From Eledone cirrhosa (Eukaryota), in the NCBI GenBank assembly GCA_964016885.1, contig OZ024742.1:25482001-25546000 (forward strand): a stretch of DNA of 64,000 bases, read 5' to 3'. A program made the position numbers and the translations under genes. A model generated the notes under the pieces. It worked only from the letters and a program-made list of their open reading frames with translations. It was not told the DNA's origin and did no database searches. Numbering within the stretch: the first letter of the stretch is position 1; every line of letters begins with the position of its first letter. Shown piece after piece: positions 43,085-64,000 of the stretch.

Positions 43085-43226
43085 GAAAAGTGTAATTCTC
43101 TACACAAAACGAAGGTTATAGAGAAAATTGAGGTTGGTAATGGCACATGGAATATATAAGAGACAGAATACTTTTTTGTGAAAAAACATATAATTTTATA
43201 AGGTAAGGAAATAATAAAGGGTATAC

Positions 43227-43274
43227 AAAATGACCGGTTTCGATGGGTCTGCAAAAGCCATATTTTCAAATGTT
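43227..43274 (-). ncRNA. Hammerhead U3-A8 variant (mirror of 44907-44954)
   Basis: aacat-TTGAAAA-tatgg..ccatc-GAAA-ccgg-TC-atttt. Confidence 0.65.
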
Positions 43275-43442
43275 GATTAATATTAAGAAAAATTTATAAT
43301 ACGAAGAGTTAAAATTTGAGATTTGAAAATTCAAGTATAAAATTCATTGTGGGATTTCATAGTAGTTTTCATCTAGGTAGCAACAACAGGTTGACTGCTG
43401 TGTCCCTTTCTGGTACTGAATGAGAAGTTATTTGGGGTGTGG

Positions 43443-43724
43443 ATTATTTTATGCGGTGGGTGCAAACACAACTACATAGGACAGACGGGCACCTCATTAC
43501 GCAAAAGAATGACCATCCACCGCCAACAAATCCGGGACGCTAACACAAGAAAAATCCCCTTGAGCAGCCATATTGCGAACTGCGCAGGAATGACACTACC
43601 CAACTTTAAAATCTTCCCCTTCTACAAGTGCTCAGATTCGTTCACACAGCAACAAAGAATAAACAAAGAAAATCTATTCCTTAACAAATTTAAACCAAAA
43701 CTAAACGGGTTATCACCCCAATAG
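43443..43724 (+). pseudogene. C-terminal GIY-YIG endonuclease of a PLE (CxxC..H..H type, Neptune-like), N-truncated
   Basis: CGGCKHNYIGQTGTSLRKRMTIH..SSHIANC..RINKENLFLNKFKPKLN. Confidence 0.85.
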
Positions 43725-44300
43725 AATTGTCATAAAATATAAACACACATACGCACGGAATCACTACTATTAAAGACCAGAGACCAATTCTGTAGAATCA
43801 GGTTTATTCGTTGACAGACCATGCCTTTGTGTGACCAACACATCCATGTTAAACCCTGCACGTGCACAGATATATATCTATATATATATGCGCACACAGA
43901 ATTCACCACTGTCGGTTGCGGGGCCCAATCTACATGAAGAACTCAATGTGATCAGAATGACTTGTATTTTAATTTCACTGTCCCAACTTCTTATATTATG
44001 GAAAAAATATATGTGTCTGTATGTATATATATATATATTTGGAGGCCATTTCTCTGTGTGTGGGTGTATGTATGTGTATATGTGTGTGTGTGTGTATGTG
44101 TGTGCATGTGGATGTATGTATTGTGTGTGCGTGTGTGTGTGTGTATGTATGTGTGTATCTGGATGTATGCGTATGTGTATATATATATATATATGCGTGT
44201 GTGTGTGTGTATATATATGTGTGTGTATGTGTATATATATGTGTGTGTGTGTGTATGTGTGTATGTATATATATGTGAGTGTGTGTATGTATGTGTGGGG

Positions 44301-44334
<34 letters not shown>

Positions 44335-44337
44335 GTG

Positions 44338-44378
<41 letters not shown>

Positions 44379-44409
44379 GTGTATCTGGATGTATGTGTAT
44401 GTATATATA

Positions 44410-44440
<31 letters not shown>

Positions 44441-44906
44441 GTGTGTGTATGTGTGTATATATGTGTGTGTGTGTATGTGTGTATGTATATGTATGTGTGT
44501 GTGTATGTATGTGTGTATATGTATATATATATATATATGTATATGTATATGTATATGTATGTATGTGTGGATGAAGGTATGTGTGTATATATAGGTGTAA
44601 GTGCACTAAATCCCTTTCTATCACGCTCCACTCTCCTACCCACCACAGGAAGATATGTGTATGTATATTGCTTCCACCCCCTCACTGACCAGCAGCTGGC
44701 CAGTTGGCCATTGCTAAATCTGACCTTTATAAAATAACCCACACCCCAAATAACTTCTCATTCACTACCAGAAAGGGACACAGCAGCCAACCTGTTGTTG
44801 CTACCTAGATGAAAACTACTATGAAATCCCACAATGAATTTTATACTCGAATTTTCAAATCTCAAATTTTAACTCTTCGTATTATTAATTTTTCTCAATA
44901 CTAATC

Positions 44907-44954
44907 AACATTTGAAAAGATGGCTTTTGCAGACCCATCGAAACCGGTCATTTT
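44907..44954 (+). ncRNA. Type I hammerhead, U3-A8 variant
   Basis: aacat-TTGAAAA-gatgg..ccatc-GAAA-ccgg-TC-atttt; stem I has one mismatch. Confidence 0.72.
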
Positions 44955-45051
44955 TTATACCCTTTATTATTTCCTTACCTTATAAAATTGTATGTTTTTT
45001 CACAAAAAAATATTCTGTCTCTTATATATTCCATGTGCCATTACCAACCTC

Positions 45052-45730
<679 letters not shown>

Positions 45731-45817
45731 CGGTAAAGGAACCAAATAAATATATATATTTTAAAAAAAATAAGACTCCAGTTGCATTTTCGATTTCATC
45801 TTTTTTTCTTTATATAT

Positions 45818-45907
<90 letters not shown>

Positions 45908-46128
45908 ATATATGAATATATATATATATATTTGTATATATGAATATATATATATATATATTTGAATATATATATATATATATATATTTGTATATATGAA
46001 TATATATATATATATATATTTGTATATATACATGTATATATATATTTGTATATATGAATATATATACATATATATATATATATATATTTGTATATATGCA
46101 TGTATATATATATTTGTATATATGCATG

Positions 46129-46159
<31 letters not shown>

Positions 46160-46162
46160 GTA

Positions 46163-46233
<71 letters not shown>

Positions 46234-46235
46234 GT

Positions 46236-47134
46236 ATAAAGGTTTACATATATATAAAGTCATAGATTATATGTGTTTTGCAACGGGTGACGTTGTGGCT
46301 CAATGAAGAATTAATAAATTAAATAATCAGAGCTATATATCATAAAAAATGTCTATAGAATCACTAGATAAAATATATACCGTTTCCTCTCCCAATTAGC
46401 ATAATTAACCATATAAAAAATCAATTAGACCAAGCTATAAGAATAAAGGCTCCTATGAAGAAATATCTTATAAATAACCGAAAGCAGCCCCTGATTATTT
46501 AATTTATTAATTCTTCATTGAGCCACAACTTGACCCGTTGCAAAACACATATATATCTATGACTTTATATATATGTAAACCTTTATATGTAATAAACTCC
46601 CGTTAGGTTGAGATACAATTTGGCTGTTTTGGGCTGCGCTTTCTAGCAATAAACCTACCAGCCGTAAACAACTAATCACATCCTTTCTAACTTGACTGCT
46701 ACCACGTCACGATTCTTAGCCATTTTTGAATGTATTCTTGGCGCGATCACTTTGGAAAATTAATTGTCTAAATTTGAGCTAATTCCTGATGAATCCGAGG
46801 CTCTAGATGTCCCCTGTTATCGGATATCTTAAAATACGGACGAAACCATGGTAGAGGTAATTAAATATGTACACATTTCTTCCAAGTTTATTTTACACCT
46901 AATTATGTTTAGTTGACTGTATATCTGGTCGATTTATACATGCTGTCGAAATGTTCGATAAATACTGCGTCGTAACCGCCGCGAAGGGGCTGCTTTCGGT
47001 TATTTGTTGGAGATTTCTTCATAGGAGCCTTTATTCTTATAGCTTGGTCTAATTGATTTTTTATATGGTTAATTATGCTAATTAGGAGAGAAAACGGTAT
47101 ATATTTTATCTAGTGATTCTATAGACTTGTTTTA

Positions 47135-47137
<3 letters not shown>
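46236..47137. mobile_element. Non-coding HHR element with two inversions
   Basis: ~46236-46330 is inverted at ~46493-46586; ~46339-46491 at ~46986-47137. Confidence 0.8.
46783..46856 (+). ncRNA. Type I hammerhead motif
   Basis: ttc-CTGATGA-atccg..agatgtcc..ggatatct..cggac-GAAA-ccatgg-TA-gag. Confidence 0.8.
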
Positions 47138-47192
<55 letters not shown>

Positions 47193-47352
47193 TTATACAT
47201 GTATATTTATATGTGAATATAAGTGTATATTTATATATGTATATATATATATACATATTTATATTTGTATATATATATATATATGTGTGAATATATTTAT
47301 ATATCTCTCTATATATATATCTATATCTATACATATATTTATATGTATATAT

Positions 47353-47390
<38 letters not shown>

Positions 47391-47487
47391 GTATATATAT
47401 ATATATACATATTTATATTTGTATATATATATATGTGTGAATATATTTATATATCTCTCTATATCTATACATATATTTATATGTATA

Positions 47488-47543
<56 letters not shown>

Positions 47544-47860
47544 CTTAATTCATATATATATATATGAATTTGCAAGGATTTTGAAACCGTGTGTCGAAAC
47601 AAATATGGCGTAGACATAAATACAGCAGGAGGAAACATAATAGTCCCACTGATGATGTTGCAGATGTGCTACCAAAGAACTTTGATAGACTATATATATA
47701 TTTATATCTGTATTCTTAGCCGCTGATCAATCAATGATAAACGTTGATTTCCAAATAAATTAACTATGGAGATATAAACAGTGGGTGTGTTCTGTTATTA
47801 TTTCTGGCAATATTAAATATGACCCACTCCAAGTATAACAGTATATAAATATATATATAT

Positions 47861-47955
47861 AACGAAGGATGTGTGGTAAGGGTCCAGATGGTCCATAATA
47901 GTCAGAAATAGCCGTCGAAACGGCTTGAGCTCTGCCGTCGGTATCTAACATTTTC

Positions 47956-47960
<5 letters not shown>
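47861..47960. mobile_element. Inverted fragment with 3' half-HHR (family of 15914-16102)
   Basis: agaaatagccgtc-GAAA-cggc..gccg-TC-gg; left part matches 15914-15950 and 52925-52962. Confidence 0.7.
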
Positions 47961-48012
<52 letters not shown>

Positions 48013-48019
<7 letters not shown>

Positions 48020-48476
48020 TTGGTGCTCTGAAATAGCTATATATATATATGAAATATATGAATGTATATATAGTGTATTTTGCAATACACTCTATGCTTA
48101 ATTAAAAGCATTTCGAAGACCTTATGCTATTGTTTTAGAGTAGTGACAGACTCATTTACTTTAATTTTCACCAATTTTCAGAGCACCAATTCTAATTTAC
48201 AATTTCTGCTTGACCGGCAACCGCTCTGTATAATCAGTTCCTGATTATTTACTAGAATTCTATAAGAAACAAACATCCATGATTTCAGCAAACAGGAGAA
48301 GTAGTTGACTTTGATAAGCATCAATAAATGCGAAACAGGGCCCTGTCAGCTTTATCTCCCCTGTTTGCTGAAAATTAAAGTAAGTGAGTCTGTCACTACT
48401 CTAAAACAATAGCATAAGGTCATCGAAATGCTTTTAATTAAGCATACAGTGTATTGCAAAATACACTATATATACA

Positions 48477-48485
<9 letters not shown>
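48013..48485. mobile_element. Fold-back HHR element
   Basis: ~48054-48170 is inverted at ~48369-48484; 48014-48031 at ~48178-48195. Confidence 0.8.
48307..48351 (+). ncRNA. Type I hammerhead, U3-A8 variant
   Basis: gact-TTGATAA-gcat caataa atgc-GAAA-cagggccctg-TC-agct; distal helix ttcagcaaacagg/cctgtttgctgaa. Confidence 0.78.
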
Positions 48486-48541
<56 letters not shown>

Positions 48542-48959
48542 GAATTATCTGAATGATATAGAAAGTCACAGGATTCGAACAACATATCTATCGCATGCTG
48601 GGCAACCTATCACCCAGTGTTGCACACAGTTCTGTTTCCTTGAATTAGGGTTAAATTTTATCTTTAGATCTCATCGTGATAGCATATTTTGTTATAGTGT
48701 AATTTAAATAGATGAATGATGTTTAAATCTAGGCAACGTAGCAGGAGGTGAATTACACCTGAAGTGGACATCATGCTGTGGAAGTTAAATGTTCAGTTGA
48801 AGAAGATAAACATGTTTATCTCAATCGATTGCAAACTCAGTGGGAGTGTAAAGAGTAACACTACCTCACGGCTCGTGATATCTACGATGTTCGTTATCCA
48901 TATATCCATAACATATCCGCAATTAGATTGATTATAAAACAACAACAACATCAAAATAA

Positions 48960-49110
48960 GCATAGGTATGGCTGTGTGGATAAAGAATCTGCTTCTAAAC
49001 CTGTTGGTTCTGTGTTCAGTACCTGTGCATGAGCAATTTAGGTAAGTATCTTCTACTATAGCCTCGGGTTGACCCATGCCTCATGAGTGGAATTTTGTAG
49101 AGAAACACTC
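48960..49110 (+). mobile_element. Degraded tRNA-derived SINE
   Basis: Head aggtatggctgtgtgg.. and tatagcctc motif similar to 12003-12130. Confidence 0.5.
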
Positions 49111-49139
49111 GTCACATACGCACGCACAGACACACATGC

Positions 49140-49171
<32 letters not shown>

Positions 49172-49172
<1 letters not shown>

Positions 49173-50121
49173 AATATGATTTACCGTATTTTACTGTTAT
49201 GGGATATGGTGTTTTTTTTTGTTTTTTTGGTTGTCACTTCTCTGTGTTTAGCCTAAGAAAAAATATATATGCCTGTGTAAATAATTACATGCATACATTT
49301 ATTTTTTTAAATTAATTGAGTTCTTAACACGTGGAATTGATATTAGTATTGAAATAACTAATTAACCCGCATGTATTTAATATTTTACTCTTAATTCGGC
49401 CGGAGATTTACATTCCCAATTGCCCTTTAAAGCGTAACTTTCCGTATTTACTAAGGTTATGAGATGCGGCTTGTTATTCAGGGACGACTTCTGTTTTTAG
49501 CCTAAGAAAATATCTATATGCGTGTGTAATTAATACGCGCATACATTTATTTTTTTTAATTTCAATTGAGTTCTTAACACGTTGGATTGATAATGTTTTT
49601 GAAAAACTAATTAACCCGCGTGTATATTATTTTTTCTTTTCTCGTGTATCGTGGTTGTCTCCCCTTCCCGCTTCGTGACTCTATAATACTTCCTCAGTCA
49701 AAAACTGCTGGAATTTCAAATTTGGCGGTCATTCGATGCGTGAGGGAGCAGCTTGGCAGACACGATTTTTAACTGCGGTAAGAATTTTTTCTCATATCAA
49801 AGTTTAATGGGCTTCCACTGAAGATTTATAAGTGCCCACCTAAATATATTCTTACATGAATATATGTTAGGCTTCTACATAAACTGGAAACATTCTCCCA
49901 ATTTGTAGAAAACTTATAATGAAACAATTGTTTGGAAAGAGAGATATATTTTAACTTTAATTATATCTCATAAAATAATACAACTGGCTTTCCACAAAAT
50001 ACATATAGTTAGCACTCCAAATACTTAAATTGGGTTTATACTAACATATAACCTAATGTTTGTTGAGTGAGATGGTTACCAGTCAGAGTTTAGCTTTAAG
50101 CTATCTCTGTTATTGTATTAA

Positions 50122-50122
<1 letters not shown>
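49172..50122 (+). mobile_element. HHR-bearing element with internal ~260-bp spaced duplication, in (TA)n
   Basis: ~49180-49390 repeated at ~49438-49635; HHR at 49813. Confidence 0.7.
49813..49937 (+). ncRNA. Type I hammerhead with branched ~96-nt stem II
   Basis: ttcca-CTGAAGA-t ttataagt [two hairpins] acttataa t-GAAA-caattg-TT-tggaa. Confidence 0.85.
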
Positions 50123-50213
<91 letters not shown>

Positions 50214-50304
50214 GTATATAGATATATATATGTATATATATATGTATATATATATGTATATACAATATTAAATAAATGGAAAACTATATTTATAAAACCA
50301 TATT

Positions 50305-50370
50305 TATTTCATTATATATATTTCGGGGATATCATATTAACAATATGCTATGCCTTCATCAGACAAAATA
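50305..50370 (-). ncRNA. Type I hammerhead motif
   Basis: Mirror of 52522-52587. Confidence 0.83.
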
Positions 50371-51397
50371 CTATATAAACAGTTTTATAGATAAATATAT
50401 TCGACATACCGTAATAAACATCGACTTCATTTGAAGAGGTTTACGCTAGCAGTGAAAATTTTATACAGAGAGACAGAAAGAGAGAAAAAAGAAAGAAAGA
50501 CAAAACGAATAAAAGGAAGAAAAAGAAGAAAAAGAAAAAGAAGAGATGCATGGAACAAAATAGAGAGATGGAAAGATAGATAAAGCGAAGAGCTTCATGT
50601 AAAGAAACAGAAAGAGATATATATATATAGAGAGAGAGGAAATAGAGATAGATACATATATATATAGAAAATTAGGTAGTGGGAGGTCATTTTGAGTAAG
50701 TGTATCAATGATACATTTATTTATTTATTTATTTATTTAGCTCAAGTATTAATGTAAGGGAGATATATAGAGAGAAAAACATATAGAGAGAGGAAAAAAT
50801 AGCGAGAGAAAAAATTTAAAAAATAGCCAGACATATTCGAGGTGTAAAAACCCTATGTTTTAATGTATTAGTATTTATAAAACTTACACTATATTGTAAA
50901 TATCAGTATTCCTGAATGAAACAAGTATCCATAATGTGTGAAAATTAATTATCTTATGTTTAGTTTTAAAAAAAATTCATATGTTTATGTGACAGCTACA
51001 AACATCCGTTCGAATCCAACTGATTCACTCTGCAAACTCTAGGTTACCGGAAAACATTCTCAATGTGGTATAAAAATTTGAGCGTATTATTATTCATGTC
51101 ATTACTCTACAAGATTATCTATCAAGCAGAAATAGAGAGCAGATTTCAATATACTAATAAAAATATATATTATACTATAAACAAAACTAAAAATATAAAG
51201 ATAACAATAATAATAATAAGTAAAAATATTACGAAAGAATATTACATAGTAAAAATATTACATATTAAAAATACTACGTATTAAAAAATATTACGTATTA
51301 AAAATTTACATATTAAAGATATTAAAAATTTTAAAAATAAAATAAAAATAAAAAATAAAAAATAAAAAATATTATAGAATACTACAATATTAAAAAA

Positions 51398-51491
51398 TGA
51401 AAATAAAAATAAAAATAAAAATAAAAATAAAAATAAAAATAAAAATAAAAATAAAAATAAAAATAAAAATAAAAATAAAAATAAAAATAAA
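51398..51491. repeat. (AAAATA)n microsatellite inside the PLE 3' UTR
   Basis: Direct reading. Confidence 0.95.
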
Positions 51492-51842
51492 CCACAAAGA
51501 ACAACCCTTCAAAGTTAATTGACAATATATTGCCAAGTTCATTACAAGACAAAGCCAAAAATTATCTATCAAATCACATCTAGCAAATACCATTTCAAAA
51601 AGATTATGATGTCCAATTAGATCTACATATGTTTTTATATTTAATATAGAAGTTTATCTAGTGTAAGGTTAATTCAAAAAATTTGGAGCATCAGCTTTTA
51701 GGGTAGCTTAATTTTTCATGAGGAATGTTTAGATAAAAATAAAATAAAAATAAACAATAAAAAAAGAGTAAAAAGAGGGAATCAAAGATTTAGGAATCAA
51801 AAATTTTATCGGCTAGTTCCCATATAAATAAAACTAAATATA

Positions 51843-52025
51843 CTACATTTTAAATTTAAATTTATATTTAAACGTTGAGTTTAATCTATGTTTGCAACAA
51901 CTGAATAAATTTGTCCGTAGGTTAAGGGAATTTTTAGATTTTAGTATAAAGAATATCTCCTCTGCGCAGAGGTCACATGTCTCGGAGGATGAATTAAAAG
52001 GAATCCCTCTTGAGACTATATTCCA
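51843..52025 (-). pseudogene. C-terminal remnant of a Hydra-like GIY-YIG endonuclease
   Basis: My translation WNIVSRGIPFNSSSETCDLCAEEIFFILKSKNSLNLRTNLFSCCKHRL aligns by eye with WEILARARSYYGNKRPCDLCAAEALEIL..LNKKSEAISACKHKL of the 23-kb element. Confidence 0.85.
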
Positions 52026-52521
52026 ATTATTTAAATTTTTTTAAATATATTTAAATTTTTAAATATATTTAAATTTTTTTTTTCTCTCGCTATTTTTTCC
52101 TCTCTCTATATGTTTTTCTCTCTATATATCTCCCTTACATTAATACTTGAGCTAAATAAATAAATAAATAAATAAATATATCATTGATACACTTACTCAA
52201 AATGACCTCCCACTACCTAATTTTCTATATATATATGTATCTATCTCTATTTCCTCTCTCTCTCTATATATATATATCTTTCTGTTTCTTTACATGAAGC
52301 TCTTCGCTTTATCTATCTTTCCATCTCTCTATTTTGTTCCATGCATCTCTTCTTTTTCTTTTTCTTCTTTTTCTTCCTTTTATTCGTTTTGTCTTTCTTT
52401 CTTTTTTCTCTCCTTCTGTCTCTCTGTATAAAATTTTCACTGCTAGCGTAAACCTCTTCAAATGAAGTCGATGTTTATTACGGTATGTCGAATATATTTA
52501 ACTATAAAACTGTTTATATTG

Positions 52522-52587
52522 TATTTTGTCTGATGAAGGCATAGCATATTGTTAATATGATATCCCCGAAATATATATAATGAAATA
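52522..52587 (+). ncRNA. Type I hammerhead motif
   Basis: tattttgt-CTGATGA-agg..catatt gtt aatatg..ccc-GAAA-tatata-TA-atgaaata. Confidence 0.83.
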
Positions 52588-52727
52588 AATATGGTTTTAT
52601 AAATATAGTTTTCCATTTATTTAATATTGTAAATATACTCCAAATATTTGTCGAGTGCTTTTATATCAGTTATAAATATTTACTAGTTGTAACCCAACAA
52701 TTTAAAATATAACTTTACATATATATG

Positions 52728-52788
<61 letters not shown>

Positions 52789-52819
52789 GTATATATATAT
52801 GTATATATATGTATATATG

Positions 52820-52886
<67 letters not shown>

Positions 52887-52893
52887 GTATATA

Positions 52894-52924
<31 letters not shown>

Positions 52925-52925
<1 letters not shown>

Positions 52926-53117
52926 ACGAAGGAAATGTGGTAAGGAACCAGGTAGACCATAACGCACCAAAGTACTCAATACTTGAGGTAGTAGAGTGGG
53001 TAATAGGAACCAGTAAGACCCCGACAGCTGAGCTCAAGCCGTTTCGACGGCTAATTCTGTCCAGAATTAGCCGTCGAAACGGCTTGAGCTCAGCTGTCGG
53101 GGTCTTACTGGTTCCTA
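52925..53117. mobile_element. Fold-back fragment with 3' half-HHR (family of 15914-16102)
   Basis: Perfect palindrome ~53004-53117 centred 53060-53061. Confidence 0.8.
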
Positions 53118-53143
53118 TATATATATATATGTATATATATATG

Positions 53144-53174
<31 letters not shown>

Positions 53175-53461
53175 GTATATATATATATGTATATATATAT
53201 ATGTATATGTATATGTATATATATATATGTATATATATATATATGTATATATATATATGTATAGATATATATGTATATATATATATATGTATATATATAT
53301 GTATATAGATATATATGTATATATATATATATGTATATATATATGTATATATATATATGTATATATATATGTATATATATATATGTATATATATATGTAT
53401 ATATATATATGTATATATATATATATGTATATATATATATGTATATATATATATATGTATG

Positions 53462-53666
<205 letters not shown>

Positions 53667-53745
53667 GTATATATGTATATATATATATATGTATATATAT
53701 ATGTATATGTATATATGTATATATATATATATGTATATATATGTA

Positions 53746-54008
53746 GATAAATCTACCAAGAGTTTACGGTAGTGTCCAATCCGTATGAAGAACTCAATGT
53801 ATTCCGGATATCATGGAAAGAAGAGATGTAATGACAAATCACTTTCGGTGAAAGATAAACGGAATACAGAGTCAAGATAAAATATTAAACAAATAATGAA
53901 TAAAACAATGAAACAGTTCCTTATATTAAACAAAAAAAGAATGAACTTTTTTTGTTTAATATAAGGAACTGTTTCATTGTTTTATTCATTATTTGTTTAA
54001 TATTTTAT
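53746..54008. repeat. Unique insert ending in a ~60-bp-arm palindrome, between TA tracts
   Basis: ~53878-53939 is inverted at ~53946-54008; no HHR core seen. Confidence 0.7.
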
Positions 54009-60224
<6,216 letters not shown>

Positions 60225-60247
60225 GTATATATATGTATATATATATG

Positions 60248-60292
<45 letters not shown>

Positions 60293-60327
60293 GTGTATAT
60301 ATATATATATGTATATATATATATGTG

Positions 60328-60358
<31 letters not shown>

Positions 60359-60423
60359 GTGTATATATATATATGTATATATATATATGTACATATATAT
60401 ATATATGTGTATATATATATATG

Positions 60424-60497
<74 letters not shown>

Positions 60498-60505
60498 TGT
60501 ATATT

Positions 60506-60559
<54 letters not shown>

Positions 60560-60567
60560 TATGTATG

Positions 60568-63512
<2,945 letters not shown>

Positions 63513-63541
63513 ATTATGTAATAAACAACATAAGGCAATTA

Positions 63542-63601
63542 TTCCATTTACCAGTGGTTTCTTAAAAGCAAAAGGTTTTGCTTTCAATCCTCAGAATGAA
63601 A
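63542..63601 (-). ncRNA. Type I hammerhead motif next to a TA tract
   Basis: tttcatt-CTGAGGA-ttgaaagcaaaa cc ttttgcttttaa-GAAA-ccactgg-TA-aatggaa. Confidence 0.88.
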
Positions 63602-63808
63602 AATCCTGGTTTGTTTATTGAATATGGATTCTAAAAACGAAAATGCAATCTATATGAAAGTGAGGCTGGAAAAGGGAGAAGGAAAGGAAAAATAAAATAA
63701 AATAAAACTACACATGCAAACACACACAAAAAACCCCAAAAGCATACTTACACACACACACATATATACACATATAATTTGCACGCATACACATATACAC
63801 ATACACAT

Positions 63809-63841
<33 letters not shown>

Positions 63842-63952
63842 CATACACGTACATACACATATATATATATATAAATAAAGAGCGTACACCTACACACACA
63901 TACACATATATATACACACATATACACATACATATATTCATACATACACACG

Positions 63953-63990
<38 letters not shown>

Positions 63991-64000
63991 TATATATACA

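Larger units (their letters stand above)
50262..52718 (-). mobile_element. 5'-truncated Hydra-like PLE (second family) with inverted pseudo-LTR
   Basis: ~50262-50824 is inverted at ~52065-52631; EN remnant at 51843-52025; HHR in both arms. Confidence 0.88.

Noticed and set aside
47565-47700. CTGATGA at ~47649 and GAAA at ~47596 as a hammerhead
   Set aside because: I could not close consistent stems in any permutation

Overview
AT-rich animal genomic DNA. The SINE families and extreme (TA)n content suggest a cephalopod such as Octopus (inference). No host gene is convincingly present, and most listed ORFs are microsatellite artefacts. The window is dominated by long (TA)n tracts that hold many short elements, often with fold-back (inverted) structure. 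Reading both strands by eye, I find 27 type I hammerhead ribozyme (HHR) motifs in about 17 unrelated sequence families, plus several half-motifs. Five families carry the U3-A8 swap of the core C3-G8 pair, one has a CAGAAGA core, many have a non-Watson-Crick first pair in stem II, most have a palindromic stem III, and some have large stem II insertions. Three HHR-bearing elements still carry Penelope-like (PLE) coding sequence. One is a full-length RT + GIY-YIG frame (25240-23111, minus) with the CxCx5Cx5C linker of the Hydra clade, broken only by two in-frame TGA codons, one of them at a linker Cys. Also present: a Chapaev3-type DNA transposon with TIRs and a TTA target duplication, two CR1-group LINEs ending in (TA)n, RTE LINE fragments, two tRNA-derived SINE families, and a 2.2-kb indel-free 18-nt repeat that could encode a Ser/Gly-rich peptide. 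All structures were paired by hand, element boundaries are approximate, and no folding or database search was run.
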